Shown here: positions 1-8,262 of the stretch, in pieces
How positions within the stretch are numbered: the first letter of the stretch is position 1
How the letters are laid out: each line of letters opens with the position of its first letter
NCBI RefSeq assembly: GCF_000014265.1
Contig: NC_008312.1
Location: 5,640,001 to 5,672,000 of the forward strand
Length of the DNA stretch: 32,000 bases
Direction: 5' to 3'
Source: Trichodesmium erythraeum IMS101
Lineage (GTDB): Bacteria > Cyanobacteriota > Cyanobacteriia > Cyanobacteriales > Microcoleaceae
The notes under the pieces: model-generated
Database searches by the model: none
Told to the model about the DNA's origin: nothing
What the model saw: only the letters and a program-made list of their open reading frames with translations
Translations under genes and position numbers: made by a program

Positions 1-261
1 AATTTTAATCTGGGGGATTTTTCTGAGGAAGCTATAGATAATTTACCTATTTTTAATGGTTATAAGGAGAAGTTGCGTAACTGTTCTAAAAAGGTTGACT
101 GTTGGGAAATTTTACGGCTGAAGTGTCAAGGATTTAAGCAAACAGAAATTGCTGAAAAGTTAGGTGTTCATCAGTCTAAAGTTAGTCGCAATTGGAATAC
201 TAAATGCCTGGAATGTGTGAAGAAAATTATTGGGGAAAATAATCTGGATTTAGAGGTTTAG
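1..261 (+). CDS. Sigma-70 region-4-type HTH protein, C-terminal part (5' end outside window)
   Basis: Frame 1 has no stop in bases 1-72, so the track start at 73 (TTG) is probably internal and the gene continues to the left. Residues CWEILRLKCQGFKQTEIAEKLGVHQSKVSRNW fit the helix-turn-helix pattern of sigma-70 region 4 / LuxR-type HTH. A CxxC (CLEC) follows the HTH. Stop TAG at 259-261. The call rests on about 45 residues only. Confidence 0.5.
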   Translation, partial: NFNLGDFSEEAIDNLPIFNGYKEKLRNCSKKVDCWEILRLKCQGFKQTEIAEKLGVHQSKVSRNWNTKCLECVKKIIGENNLDLEV

Positions 262-347
262 AATTAGGTAATTAATATTCCTCCGTTTCTCTATTAACTT
301 TTTACATAATCTGTCTGTCAATCTTTGGATTAATTGTTAACTAAAAT

Positions 348-1190
348 TTGGTTATTTTAACTATGAATAATATTACGGAATCATTGATTTTTCGAGTTCC
401 TTTGTCTCCAAAAAGTCACGCTCTGGCTGAAAATTTTGCTCAACAACAATTGGTTAAAAAACGGGCAAAAGAAGTTTATCTTAATACTCTGGCTGTACAT
501 ATTGGTCAGGATTTTCTGGATGGCTTAGGTTTTGAAACAAATTTGGAGAATGCTGACTCTTTTAATGCTTTTTTGCGGATGACTGAGGATGTGGCTGATG
601 TAATTATTCCAAATTTGGGGGCTGTCGAATTTAGGCGAGTTTTACCGGGGGAAACTGGTTTTTTTATTCCTGATTTTGTCAGAGAAAATAGGCTAGTTTA
701 TGTGGCTGTTGCTTTTGATGAATCTTTGGATTTTGGGGATATTTTAGGGTTTGTTTGTTTGAGTGATTTAACTGAGTCTGATGGTTATATTCCTCTGGAT
801 ATTTTACAACCTGCTGAAAATTTATTGGATTATTTAATGCAGTTAGAAGCGGGTAGGGATTTTCTGTTGAGTGATGATTCTTTGGCTGTGGAATTTCGTG
901 ATGTTGTGGGGGCGGAAACTCGGGAAAAATATTTGGGTTTTATGGCGGCAGCATTAGAGGCTATTTATCGTCAGTCTCCTGATGATGGTGGTAACTGGCG
1001 CGCTCAAGGTGGAAATATTTTGGCGGGTGACTTGCCTTGGGTGGGTAAGGATGCTGAGGAAAGAATGGTTATTGCTTCCAGAGAAAGAGATGAGGCGGAA
1101 GATCCTGTGGTGGAAAATAAGTCGGTGCCCCGTAGTACTCAAAAGTTGGCTAAACGACTTTTGGGAAAACTTAAGGATATTTGGGAGTAG
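348..1190 (+). CDS. DUF1822-family protein (cyanobacteria-restricted, function unknown)
   Basis: 280-codon ORF. The track start is TTG 348, but the first ATG at 363 is the more likely start. Segments YLNTLAV and DVADVIIPNLGAVEFRRV match my recollection of DUF1822 proteins, which commonly sit beside CHAT/TPR genes. No catalytic motif is visible. The C-terminal tail is acidic and likely disordered (RERDEAEDPVVEN). Overlapping ORFs 954-1241(-) and 982-1200(+) are judged spurious. Confidence 0.6.
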   Translation: MVILTMNNITESLIFRVPLSPKSHALAENFAQQQLVKKRAKEVYLNTLAVHIGQDFLDGLGFETNLENADSFNAFLRMTEDVADVIIPNLGAVEFRRVLPGETGFFIPDFVRENRLVYVAVAFDESLDFGDILGFVCLSDLTESDGYIPLDILQPAENLLDYLMQLEAGRDFLLSDDSLAVEFRDVVGAETREKYLGFMAAALEAIYRQSPDDGGNWRAQGGNILAGDLPWVGKDAEERMVIASRERDEAEDPVVENKSVPRSTQKLAKRLLGKLKDIWE

Positions 1191-1368
1191 GTTTGGTTGA
1201 GGTATGGAAACGTATGTATCTAATATTAAAATATTTTTCATTTCGATGTATTTGATAAACGCAGAAATAAGCTGCTAGGGTTTTGTCTGGGAGTTTACCC
1301 AAGTCCTGACTATGTAGTATTTTTGAATAAGTTTTGATTAATTATTATGACTTCAAATAAAAAAAACT

Positions 1369-4300
1369 ATGGATGAACAACGCCTAACCGCATACGCTAA
1401 ACTAATTCAACAACTCCTAAAGTGTCCTGAAGGTCAAGAGTCAAATGTTCTCCAAAACCACCAACACCTCATAGATGAAAGATTAATTCCTGTAATGCAG
1501 AAATATGGTCAATATCTGGCTAAAACAGGTAATGAAAATCAAGCTCAATGTTTTTTGAATATAGCTCAAACCCTAGCACAACAGTTAAATAAGTTGCCAA
1601 ATGCTGTTGCTGAGGAGTCTTACATGACTCTACTGGAACAGCTAAGAACAGCAAAGTTAGAAAATTGCGACGACTCGGCACCTGTCTACCATATCCTAGA
1701 TCACAACCGAGACCTTCTTGATGAAAATATTGCTCGTGTTCTCCCACAATATGCATCTGACTTGATCACCAAACTTACTGCTGAAGATACTGGTGGTTTT
1801 GTTGACTTGATCGAAAGCCTGAGTTATGATTTTTATAGTTTTCCACGGGGCAACAGAAAAGCTAATATAGAAATAGCGATCGCTGGATATTTATTTGTCC
1901 TCAGCTACCGTCAGGAAAATACAGAAAAATGGGCAGGAGCTCAAAATAATCTCGGTGCTGCCTACTTTTACAGAATAAGGGGAGACAAAGCCGAAAATAT
2001 TGAAGCTGCCATTGCTGCATGCAAACAAGCTTTGCTGGTGTTCACCCAAACTGACTTCCCCATGGACTGGGCAACAACTCAAAATAATCTCGGCGGTGCC
2101 TACTTTTACAGAATAAGGGGAGACAAAGCCGAAAATATTGAAGCCGCCATTGCTGCATTCCAACAAGCTTTGCTGGTGTTCACCCAAACTGACTTCCCCA
2201 TCAACTGGGCAGGAACTCAAAATAATCTCGGCCTTGCCTACATTGACAGAATAAGGGGAGACAAAGCCGAAAATATTGAAGCTGCCATTGCTGCATTCCA
2301 ACAAGCTTTGCTGGTGCACACCCAAACAGACTTCCCCATGGACTGGGCAAATACTCAAAATAATCTCGGCATTGCCTACATTTACAGAATAAGGGGAGAC
2401 AAAGCCGAAAATATTGAAGCTGCCATTGCTGCACACGAACAAGCTTTGCTGGTGTACACCCAAACTGACTTCCCCATGGACTGGGCAAATACTCAAAATA
2501 ATCTCGGCATTGCCTACAGTGACAGAATAAGGGGAGACAAAGCCGAAAATATTGAAGCCGCCATTGCTGCATTCCAACAAGCTTTGCTGGTGTTCACCCA
2601 AACTGACTTCCCCATCAACTGGGCAGCAACTCAAAATAATCTCGGCATTGCCTACAGTAAGAGAATAAGGGGAGACAAAGCCGAAAATATTGAAGCCGCC
2701 ATTGCTGCATACGAACAAGCTTTGCTGGTGTACACCCAAACTGACTTCCCCATCAACTGGGCAATGACTCAAAATAATCTCGGCCTTGCCTACATTGACA
2801 GAATAAGGGGAGACAAAGCCGAAAATATTGAAGCTGCCATTGCTGCATTCCAACAAGCTTTGCTGGTGCACACCCAAACAGACTTCCCCATGGACTGGGC
2901 AGGAACTCAAAATAATCTCGGCCTTGCCTACATTTACAGAATAAGGGGAGACAAAGCCGAAAATATTGAAGCCGCCATTGCTGCATACCAACAAGCTTTG
3001 CTGGTGTACACCCAAACTGACTTCCCCATCAACTGGGCAAATACTCAAAATAATCTCGGCATTGCCCACTGGGAGAGAATAAGGGGAGACAAAGCCGAAA
3101 ATATTGAAGCCGCCATTGCTGCATACCAACAAGCTTTGCTGGTGTACACCCAAACTGACTTCCCCATGGACTGGGCAAATACTCAAAATAATCTCGGCAT
3201 TGCCTACAGTGACAGAATAAGGGGAGACAAAGCCGAAAATATTGAAGCTGCCATTGCTGCATACCAACAAGCTTTGCTGGTGTACACCCAAACTGACTTC
3301 CCCATGGACTGGGCAATGACTCAAAATAATCTCGGCGCTGCCTACAGAGACAGAATAAGGGGAGACAAAGCCCAAAATATTGAAGCTGCCATTGCTGCAT
3401 ACCAACAAGCTTTGCTGGTGCGCACCCAAACTGACTTACCCAGGGACTGGGCAATGACTCAAAATAATCTCGGCAATTCCTACAGAGACAGAATAAAGGG
3501 AGACAAAGCCGAAAATATTGAAGCTGCCATTGATGCATACAAAGAAGCTTTGCTGGTGTATACCCAAACTGACTTCCCCATCGACTGGGCAGCAACTCAA
3601 AATAATCTCGGCATTGCCTACAGTGACAGAATAAGGGGAGACAAAGCCGAAAATATTGAAGCCGCCATTTCCTGCTATGATGCTGCTTTAAGAGTCACAA
3701 AACCAGAAAACCTACCAGCAGAGTGTTTACAAACTGCCCGTAACCTAGCTAGCCTTGCCGCAAAACAACAAAACTATGAACTCGCCATTAAGAACTATGA
3801 ACTCGCCATTGCCGCCATAGAGAAAAGTCGAGACTGGATACCCGATGAAATGGCAAGACAAGAAATCTTGCGCAACAATATATATGTCTATGAAAACATG
3901 GTTCAAGCTTGCGTCAAGACCCAACAATATGACAAAGCTTTAGAAACAGTAGAAAGGTTCCGCTGTCGTCGCTTGCTAGATTTAATTCTCGCTAAACATT
4001 TCTACAAAGCTCACGAAGTTCCAGAAGATATCCGCAACTTAGAAGCACAGATGGAAGATAAACAACGAGAAATTGACTGTTTACGTCAGCGGCTAACAAC
4101 CCCCAAAGGTGTTCAGGAACAAACTGGAGGAAGTCCTCATGTCTCCCGGGATGAGTGGGATGATATTACCGAAGAAGTTGAAAAGTTGATAACAGAAAAA
4201 CAGGAAATTTGGCAACAGCTCCGGGAGTTAGACCCCGTATTATCAGAAGGTATTCAAGCGCCCACTGTTAGTGTGGAGACAATGAAAGAATTATTAGAAA

Positions 4301-5715
4301 CTCCACAACAACCAGGAGCAGCATTTGATGTCACCGGATCAAAGAGTCCTTCCCCCCAACAAAAGGGAGGGAAACAAACAAAGGATGTTGCTCTCCTGAG
4401 TTTCTACACAACAGATGATGATACTTATGTTTTTATCCTCACTCAAGCAGGGGTAAAATTGCACTTTTGTCAAGGGCAAGGTTACACCAAACTTCAATTG
4501 TGGTTACGAGAGAGTTGGTTAAAACCATACTCCGAAAGAAATTATTTAGCAGAAAAACATGCTGCAGCAAACTTAGCCAAATGCGATATTGATGCCATTA
4601 AGTCAATTGACTCCAAGCCATCCAAAGTCCTAGTCAAACTCACCGATGGCACAACAACAGAAATTGAACTTGCCCAGTTTGAAACAACCCGGAAACAAGA
4701 GAAACACAAACTATACAAACAATGGCAAGACCAAATGGAAGAGACCTTAAAAGAATTAGCAGACAGACTGCAAATAAACCAACTCATAGAAAAACTCACC
4801 GACATCAAAGAAATTATTCTAGTACCCTTTATGTATCTGCATCAAATTCCTTTGCTAGTGTTGCCCCTAGATAACGGTCAATACTTAGGAGAAAAATTCC
4901 GGGTGAGAACGGCACCCAGCACCCAGGTCTTAACATTTTGTCAGAAACAACCCCCAACTCGAGAAAAAAACCTGCCACTTTACGGTATCGTCGAAAATAC
5001 TAAAAATGATCTACCATATACCCCCACAGAATGTCAATTGGTAGCACAAATTTATGGAGTCGCCCCCGAACACCATCTCAAAGGGAGCAAGGAAGCAACC
5101 AAAGCCAAATATAAAAAGTTGTTGACCAGAGAAAAAGTATTAGGTTTGCTCTCCAGTCACCACGCCACATCTAATTTAACTCAACCTTTAGAGTCTAAGT
5201 TATTACTGGGAGACACGGACTTAACATTAGGGGAGTTGCTCAATGCCACCATTCGTTGCCCCCAGTTAGGAGACCTATTTCTCTCCTGTTGTGAAACAGC
5301 ACTAGGAAATTCAGAATTAACGGACGATATTTTTACACTCAGCGCGGCATTTTTATCAGCAGGAGCATCAAACGTCATCAGTAGTTTGTGGGCAGTCAAT
5401 GACTTGGCAACAACAATATTATCATATTTTTTCCACCGCAACCGGGCGGCAGGTATTCCTAGTGTAGATGCGTTATGGCAAGGACAGATGGAGTTAAAAG
5501 AGTTAACTTTGGCAAAAGCGGAGGAGAATTTGAATAATGCAGAGGCAGTATTAGAAGAATTTGTAGAGGGGAGCGTAGAATATCAGGAAAAGGAGAAAAT
5601 AGCTGATAACTGTCAGGAAATTTATGATTTAGTATTCAAGGCTAAAAAAGTAATAGGGAGAGAAAAACCTTTTGATCATCCTTTTTATTGGGCTGGTTTT
5701 GTTTGTCAAGGATAA
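1369..5715 (+). CDS. Large TPR-like repeat protein with C-terminal CHAT domain (caspase-fold peptidase)
   Basis: 1448-aa ORF with an N-terminal helical region, 13 tandem 46-residue TPR-like units, a coiled-coil/low-complexity linker and a CHAT domain. The CHAT domain keeps the catalytic His (LLSSHHATSN), the catalytic Cys (LFLSCCETALG), the SSLWAVND motif and the typical C-terminal HPFYWAGFVCQG. Confidence 0.9.
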   Translation: MDEQRLTAYAKLIQQLLKCPEGQESNVLQNHQHLIDERLIPVMQKYGQYLAKTGNENQAQCFLNIAQTLAQQLNKLPNAVAEESYMTLLEQLRTAKLENCDDSAPVYHILDHNRDLLDENIARVLPQYASDLITKLTAEDTGGFVDLIESLSYDFYSFPRGNRKANIEIAIAGYLFVLSYRQENTEKWAGAQNNLGAAYFYRIRGDKAENIEAAIAACKQALLVFTQTDFPMDWATTQNNLGGAYFYRIRGDKAENIEAAIAAFQQALLVFTQTDFPINWAGTQNNLGLAYIDRIRGDKAENIEAAIAAFQQALLVHTQTDFPMDWANTQNNLGIAYIYRIRGDKAENIEAAIAAHEQALLVYTQTDFPMDWANTQNNLGIAYSDRIRGDKAENIEAAIAAFQQALLVFTQTDFPINWAATQNNLGIAYSKRIRGDKAENIEAAIAAYEQALLVYTQTDFPINWAMTQNNLGLAYIDRIRGDKAENIEAAIAAFQQALLVHTQTDFPMDWAGTQNNLGLAYIYRIRGDKAENIEAAIAAYQQALLVYTQTDFPINWANTQNNLGIAHWERIRGDKAENIEAAIAAYQQALLVYTQTDFPMDWANTQNNLGIAYSDRIRGDKAENIEAAIAAYQQALLVYTQTDFPMDWAMTQNNLGAAYRDRIRGDKAQNIEAAIAAYQQALLVRTQTDLPRDWAMTQNNLGNSYRDRIKGDKAENIEAAIDAYKEALLVYTQTDFPIDWAATQNNLGIAYSDRIRGDKAENIEAAISCYDAALRVTKPENLPAECLQTARNLASLAAKQQNYELAIKNYELAIAAIEKSRDWIPDEMARQEILRNNIYVYENMVQACVKTQQYDKALETVERFRCRRLLDLILAKHFYKAHEVPEDIRNLEAQMEDKQREIDCLRQRLTTPKGVQEQTGGSPHVSRDEWDDITEEVEKLITEKQEIWQQLRELDPVLSEGIQAPTVSVETMKELLETPQQPGAAFDVTGSKSPSPQQKGGKQTKDVALLSFYTTDDDTYVFILTQAGVKLHFCQGQGYTKLQLWLRESWLKPYSERNYLAEKHAAANLAKCDIDAIKSIDSKPSKVLVKLTDGTTTEIELAQFETTRKQEKHKLYKQWQDQMEETLKELADRLQINQLIEKLTDIKEIILVPFMYLHQIPLLVLPLDNGQYLGEKFRVRTAPSTQVLTFCQKQPPTREKNLPLYGIVENTKNDLPYTPTECQLVAQIYGVAPEHHLKGSKEATKAKYKKLLTREKVLGLLSSHHATSNLTQPLESKLLLGDTDLTLGELLNATIRCPQLGDLFLSCCETALGNSELTDDIFTLSAAFLSAGASNVISSLWAVNDLATTILSYFFHRNRAAGIPSVDALWQGQMELKELTLAKAEENLNNAEAVLEEFVEGSVEYQEKEKIADNCQEIYDLVFKAKKVIGREKPFDHPFYWAGFVCQG
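1930..3670 (+). repeat. 13 tandem copies of a 138-bp (46-codon) unit inside the CHAT gene
   Basis: The period was measured directly: AGACAAAG of RGDK occurs at 1983 and 2121, a shift of 138. The RI(R/K)GDKA(E/Q)NIEAAI motif occurs 13 times. Units share long nucleotide-identical stretches. The last unit degenerates after about 3670. Confidence 0.95.
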
Positions 5716-5752
5716 GTTAGAAGTCACAAGTTTAATAATTGTAGGTATGGTT

Positions 5753-5802
5753 GAGGGAGGAAACCTAACTATCATCAAAGGTTTGTTGGTTTCGCCTCCC
5801 TC
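5753..5802. terminator. Imperfect hairpin between convergent CHAT and monooxygenase genes
   Basis: GAGGGAGG (5753-5760) pairs with CCTCCCTC (5795-5802). There is also inner pairing GAAACC(T)AAC / GTTGGTTTC. It lies between stop codons at 5715 (+) and 5835 (-). There is no clear U-tract on either strand. A homologous hairpin follows the paralogous monooxygenase at about 8690-8730. Confidence 0.3.
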
Positions 5803-5834
5803 TACAAGGGCCGACATTAGTCAAAAGTCAAAAG

Positions 5835-7304
5835 TTAGAATAATGTTTGCATAACTTCCTCAATATTCCGAGAGAAAACTACTTGATGATGCTTCTGTAA
5901 CTTCTCGTCTGAAGAAAAAGGTCTACCTATTAAAGTTTGTTGTTGAATGTAAGTCACAAATGGACGACGCAAAGCTTCATATTTGCTAAAAGCTGCTTCT
6001 ATAGCTGTTATATCATCCCACTTATTTTGCTTATTAATTTCAGCTACCAAAGTAGCGATCGCTGCAGCATCCTCTAGTCCTTGATTAGCTCCTTGAGCAA
6101 TAAATGGTGGCATACCGTGGGCAGCATCTCCCGCCAATACAACCCGTCCTATATTCCATTTAGGCTGGTCTGGAGTTGAAGCCGTGGCATGATGAATATA
6201 ATACGGACGTTGTATGATCTGATCTGGGTCAGATAAAGCTACCAACTGTTGAATTATCTCTGGAAAATCTGCTTTTTTCAACTCTTCTACAGCAATATCA
6301 ATTAACTCTTCTCCCGATTTTTCTAGCAATGACTCTAATGGGAAAGCTCCATAGAGTAAATATCCAAACTGACAAGGTTGAAAAGAAAATAAAATGATAC
6401 TGGGAACATCACTGTCGGGAATTTGATGATTTTTGATAGTCACTATCCTAGAAGAACTATGCAAAAATCTCTCCTTTATTTCTTTTGAAAGTGCTTCTGC
6501 CACCTGAAGCATTCCACCACTGCCTATTGCGCCAACACCACAATATTCTGGTTTACTGTATCCACTGTCTGGAGTATTCTTATAGATGACTTGGCGGACC
6601 CGAGAGTTAATTCCATCCATTCCTAACAATAGTTTAGCACGAATTGAGGTGATTTCTGATTCAGGAAATTGGGAGGAATTCACGCTGCTGCTTTCATTCT
6701 TTTCTTGTTGATCATCCCAGTGAGCATAGGAGTTAGTTTCTACTTTCTGATTAGACACAAAATCCGCTCTAACACATTGAAATTCAGGCTCATTAACTAC
6801 ATTAAAACAATGATGATTAGCTTTGACCCGCTCAACTGGTAATAGTTGTCTTAGTTGAGTTTGTAACTCGTACCAAGGAATAGAGACTCTACCCTCCCCG
6901 TACTTTTGAAAATATTCATCGTATCCCAGGGGAATAGAACGAATTTTTTGCCCGTCCACATTTATGACATGCCATTCTGGTGAAGCCTGTTTTTTTTCTG
7001 TCTCGGTTTTCTGACTTACCTGTGGTGAATTATTTGGTTGATCAATAGTAGCTGTAATATTCTCGTAAGCTTTAGCATCAATATATTTAAGCGCTTTCAA
7101 GCCATTGGGTAAAAGATCAATAACCTGACCAACTTTACGGAAAGCCCTGGTTTGGTCGAGAACAATAATATTTTCAATTCCACGTTGGCGTAAACCCAGG
7201 GCAGTCGCTAACCCCACTGGGCCAGCACCGACGATCGCGACATCATAATCAATTTTTGGACTGGACTTTTCCCCTAACAATGACTCTGTTTGTTTTAGCT
7301 TCAT
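5835..7304 (-). CDS. FAD-dependent monooxygenase (aromatic-ring hydroxylase / UbiH-salicylate hydroxylase type), copy 1
   Basis: 489 aa. It has the N-terminal dinucleotide fold VAIVGAGPVGLATA, the DG motif GMDGINSRVRQ and the GD motif LAGDAAHGMPPFIAQGANQGLEDA. Confidence 0.85.
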   Translation of the reverse strand: MKLKQTESLLGEKSSPKIDYDVAIVGAGPVGLATALGLRQRGIENIIVLDQTRAFRKVGQVIDLLPNGLKALKYIDAKAYENITATIDQPNNSPQVSQKTETEKKQASPEWHVINVDGQKIRSIPLGYDEYFQKYGEGRVSIPWYELQTQLRQLLPVERVKANHHCFNVVNEPEFQCVRADFVSNQKVETNSYAHWDDQQEKNESSSVNSSQFPESEITSIRAKLLLGMDGINSRVRQVIYKNTPDSGYSKPEYCGVGAIGSGGMLQVAEALSKEIKERFLHSSSRIVTIKNHQIPDSDVPSIILFSFQPCQFGYLLYGAFPLESLLEKSGEELIDIAVEELKKADFPEIIQQLVALSDPDQIIQRPYYIHHATASTPDQPKWNIGRVVLAGDAAHGMPPFIAQGANQGLEDAAAIATLVAEINKQNKWDDITAIEAAFSKYEALRRPFVTYIQQQTLIGRPFSSDEKLQKHHQVVFSRNIEEVMQTLF

Positions 7305-7523
7305 AACTTTATCTTAAATAATTAGGACTTACACAGGCAAACTCAGAAACCCGGTTTCTCGTAGATATTTATGTTTAAAAACAATCATTTACTGTAGAAA
7401 CCAGGTGATTTTTTTTGTTTTAGTTCCACAAATTTATCTTAAATAATCACTAAAGCTATTGTAGAACAATATACAGGACTTACACAAGAACTCTGATCAT
7501 TAAATACCGAATAACACCGACTA

Positions 7524-7651
7524 GCACCCAGCACCCAGGCCTTAACATTTTGTCAGAAACAACCCCCAAACCGAGAAAAAAACCTGCCACCTTACGGTAT
7601 CGTCGAAAATACTAAAGACGACCTACCATACATCCCCACAGAATGTCAATT
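7524..7651 (+). pseudogene. 128-bp relic of a CHAT-domain gene (paralogous to 4912-5039)
   Basis: Hand alignment to 4912-5039 of the intact CHAT gene gives 9 mismatches in 128 nt with no indels, in the same orientation. It would encode APSTQALTFCQKQPPNREKNLPPYGIVENTKDDLPYIPTECQL. No start codon and no flanking CHAT sequence are present. Confidence 0.8.
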
Positions 7652-7656
7652 AGATC

Positions 7657-7693
7657 TAAAATAGTCAGGACTTACCCATGGTGGTGTCCTGAC
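7657..7693 (-). terminator. Candidate intrinsic terminator of the DoxX gene
   Basis: Perfect 8-bp inverted repeat GTCAGGAC (7664-7671) / GTCCTGAC (7686-7693). On the minus strand it is followed by TATTTTA. It lies about 80 nt downstream of the DoxX stop. Confidence 0.4.
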
Positions 7694-7773
7694 CGTGAGT
7701 GCAGATGCAATTCGCCCCTACATGTTTGACCTAAATGAATTTACGTAGTCCTGATCTTCAAAAACAAATTCTT

Positions 7774-8262
7774 CTAGTCAGAATTTCCTACTTTTTGGGC
7801 AATGAGGCGGTCAAGAGAAAATGAACCACCGCCATTAAAAAAACAGAATAAATACATAGTTGCGTAGAGTGATGCTGTCTCAAAAGAAGAAACTACAAAC
7901 CCATCTTCCCGCAGATGAAAATATATAGCTACCATCATAACAGATAATAACGCGATCGCAGCCGGTCGTGTCAGTAGTCCCAAAATCAGCAATATGGCCC
8001 CAACTATTTGGGTATAGGCGGCACAGTAGGTTAGAAACGTCGGGAATGGAAAACCCAGTGTCTCAGAAACAACATGAGATGCAAAACCCTCAACATCGGC
8101 AAGCTTATCAAAACCATTATGAATCATTATGACCCCAGAAATTACCCGTAATAACGTCCACCCTATTTGAAATATCAGATTAGAATCTTGATTAGAAGCG
8201 AAAATCAAAGATAGGAAATTCAGAGGTTTTTTATTTGTGATATTTGAAGTACTGTCTGTCAT
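7774..8262 (-). CDS. DoxX-family integral membrane protein
   Basis: 162 aa with about four hydrophobic helices. The DoxX-like signature is IHNGFDKL ... GFPFP ... ILLILGLLTRPAAIALL. Confidence 0.8.
   Translation of the reverse strand: MTDSTSNITNKKPLNFLSLIFASNQDSNLIFQIGWTLLRVISGVIMIHNGFDKLADVEGFASHVVSETLGFPFPTFLTYCAAYTQIVGAILLILGLLTRPAAIALLSVMMVAIYFHLREDGFVVSSFETASLYATMYLFCFFNGGGSFSLDRLIAQKVGNSD

Noticed and set aside
954-1241. ORFs 954-1241(-) and 982-1200(+) overlapping the 3' end of the DUF1822 gene
   Set aside because: They are alternative frames of a longer, better-supported gene, and they show no recognisable motifs.
1891-3595. Long antisense ORFs (1891-3429, 2201-2572, 2753-2986, 3029-3595) opposite the CHAT gene
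   Set aside because: They lie entirely within the 138-bp tandem array. A stop-free reverse frame in one unit is simply propagated 13 times. Their translated products are themselves periodic low-complexity sequences with no start context. The sense frame has clear TPR and CHAT homology.
1975-3660. RGD tripeptide present in 12 of 13 repeat units (an integrin-binding motif in eukaryotes)
   Set aside because: It is part of the conserved RIRGDKAENIE helix-turn segment of each unit. Its recurrence follows from the repeat structure, and nothing suggests secretion or a eukaryotic target.
1930-3670. Could the regular 138-bp repeats, or the 174-bp repeats at 12595-12942, be a CRISPR array?
   Set aside because: There is no repeat-spacer alternation, because the units abut directly. 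The units are far longer than CRISPR repeats. The first array is an open reading frame with protein-level periodicity. No cas genes are present in the window.
5629-5854. ORFs 5629-5817(-) and 5672-5854(+) spanning the CHAT / monooxygenase junction
   Set aside because: They overlap the ends of two well-supported convergent genes and the hairpin region. They have no homology signal.
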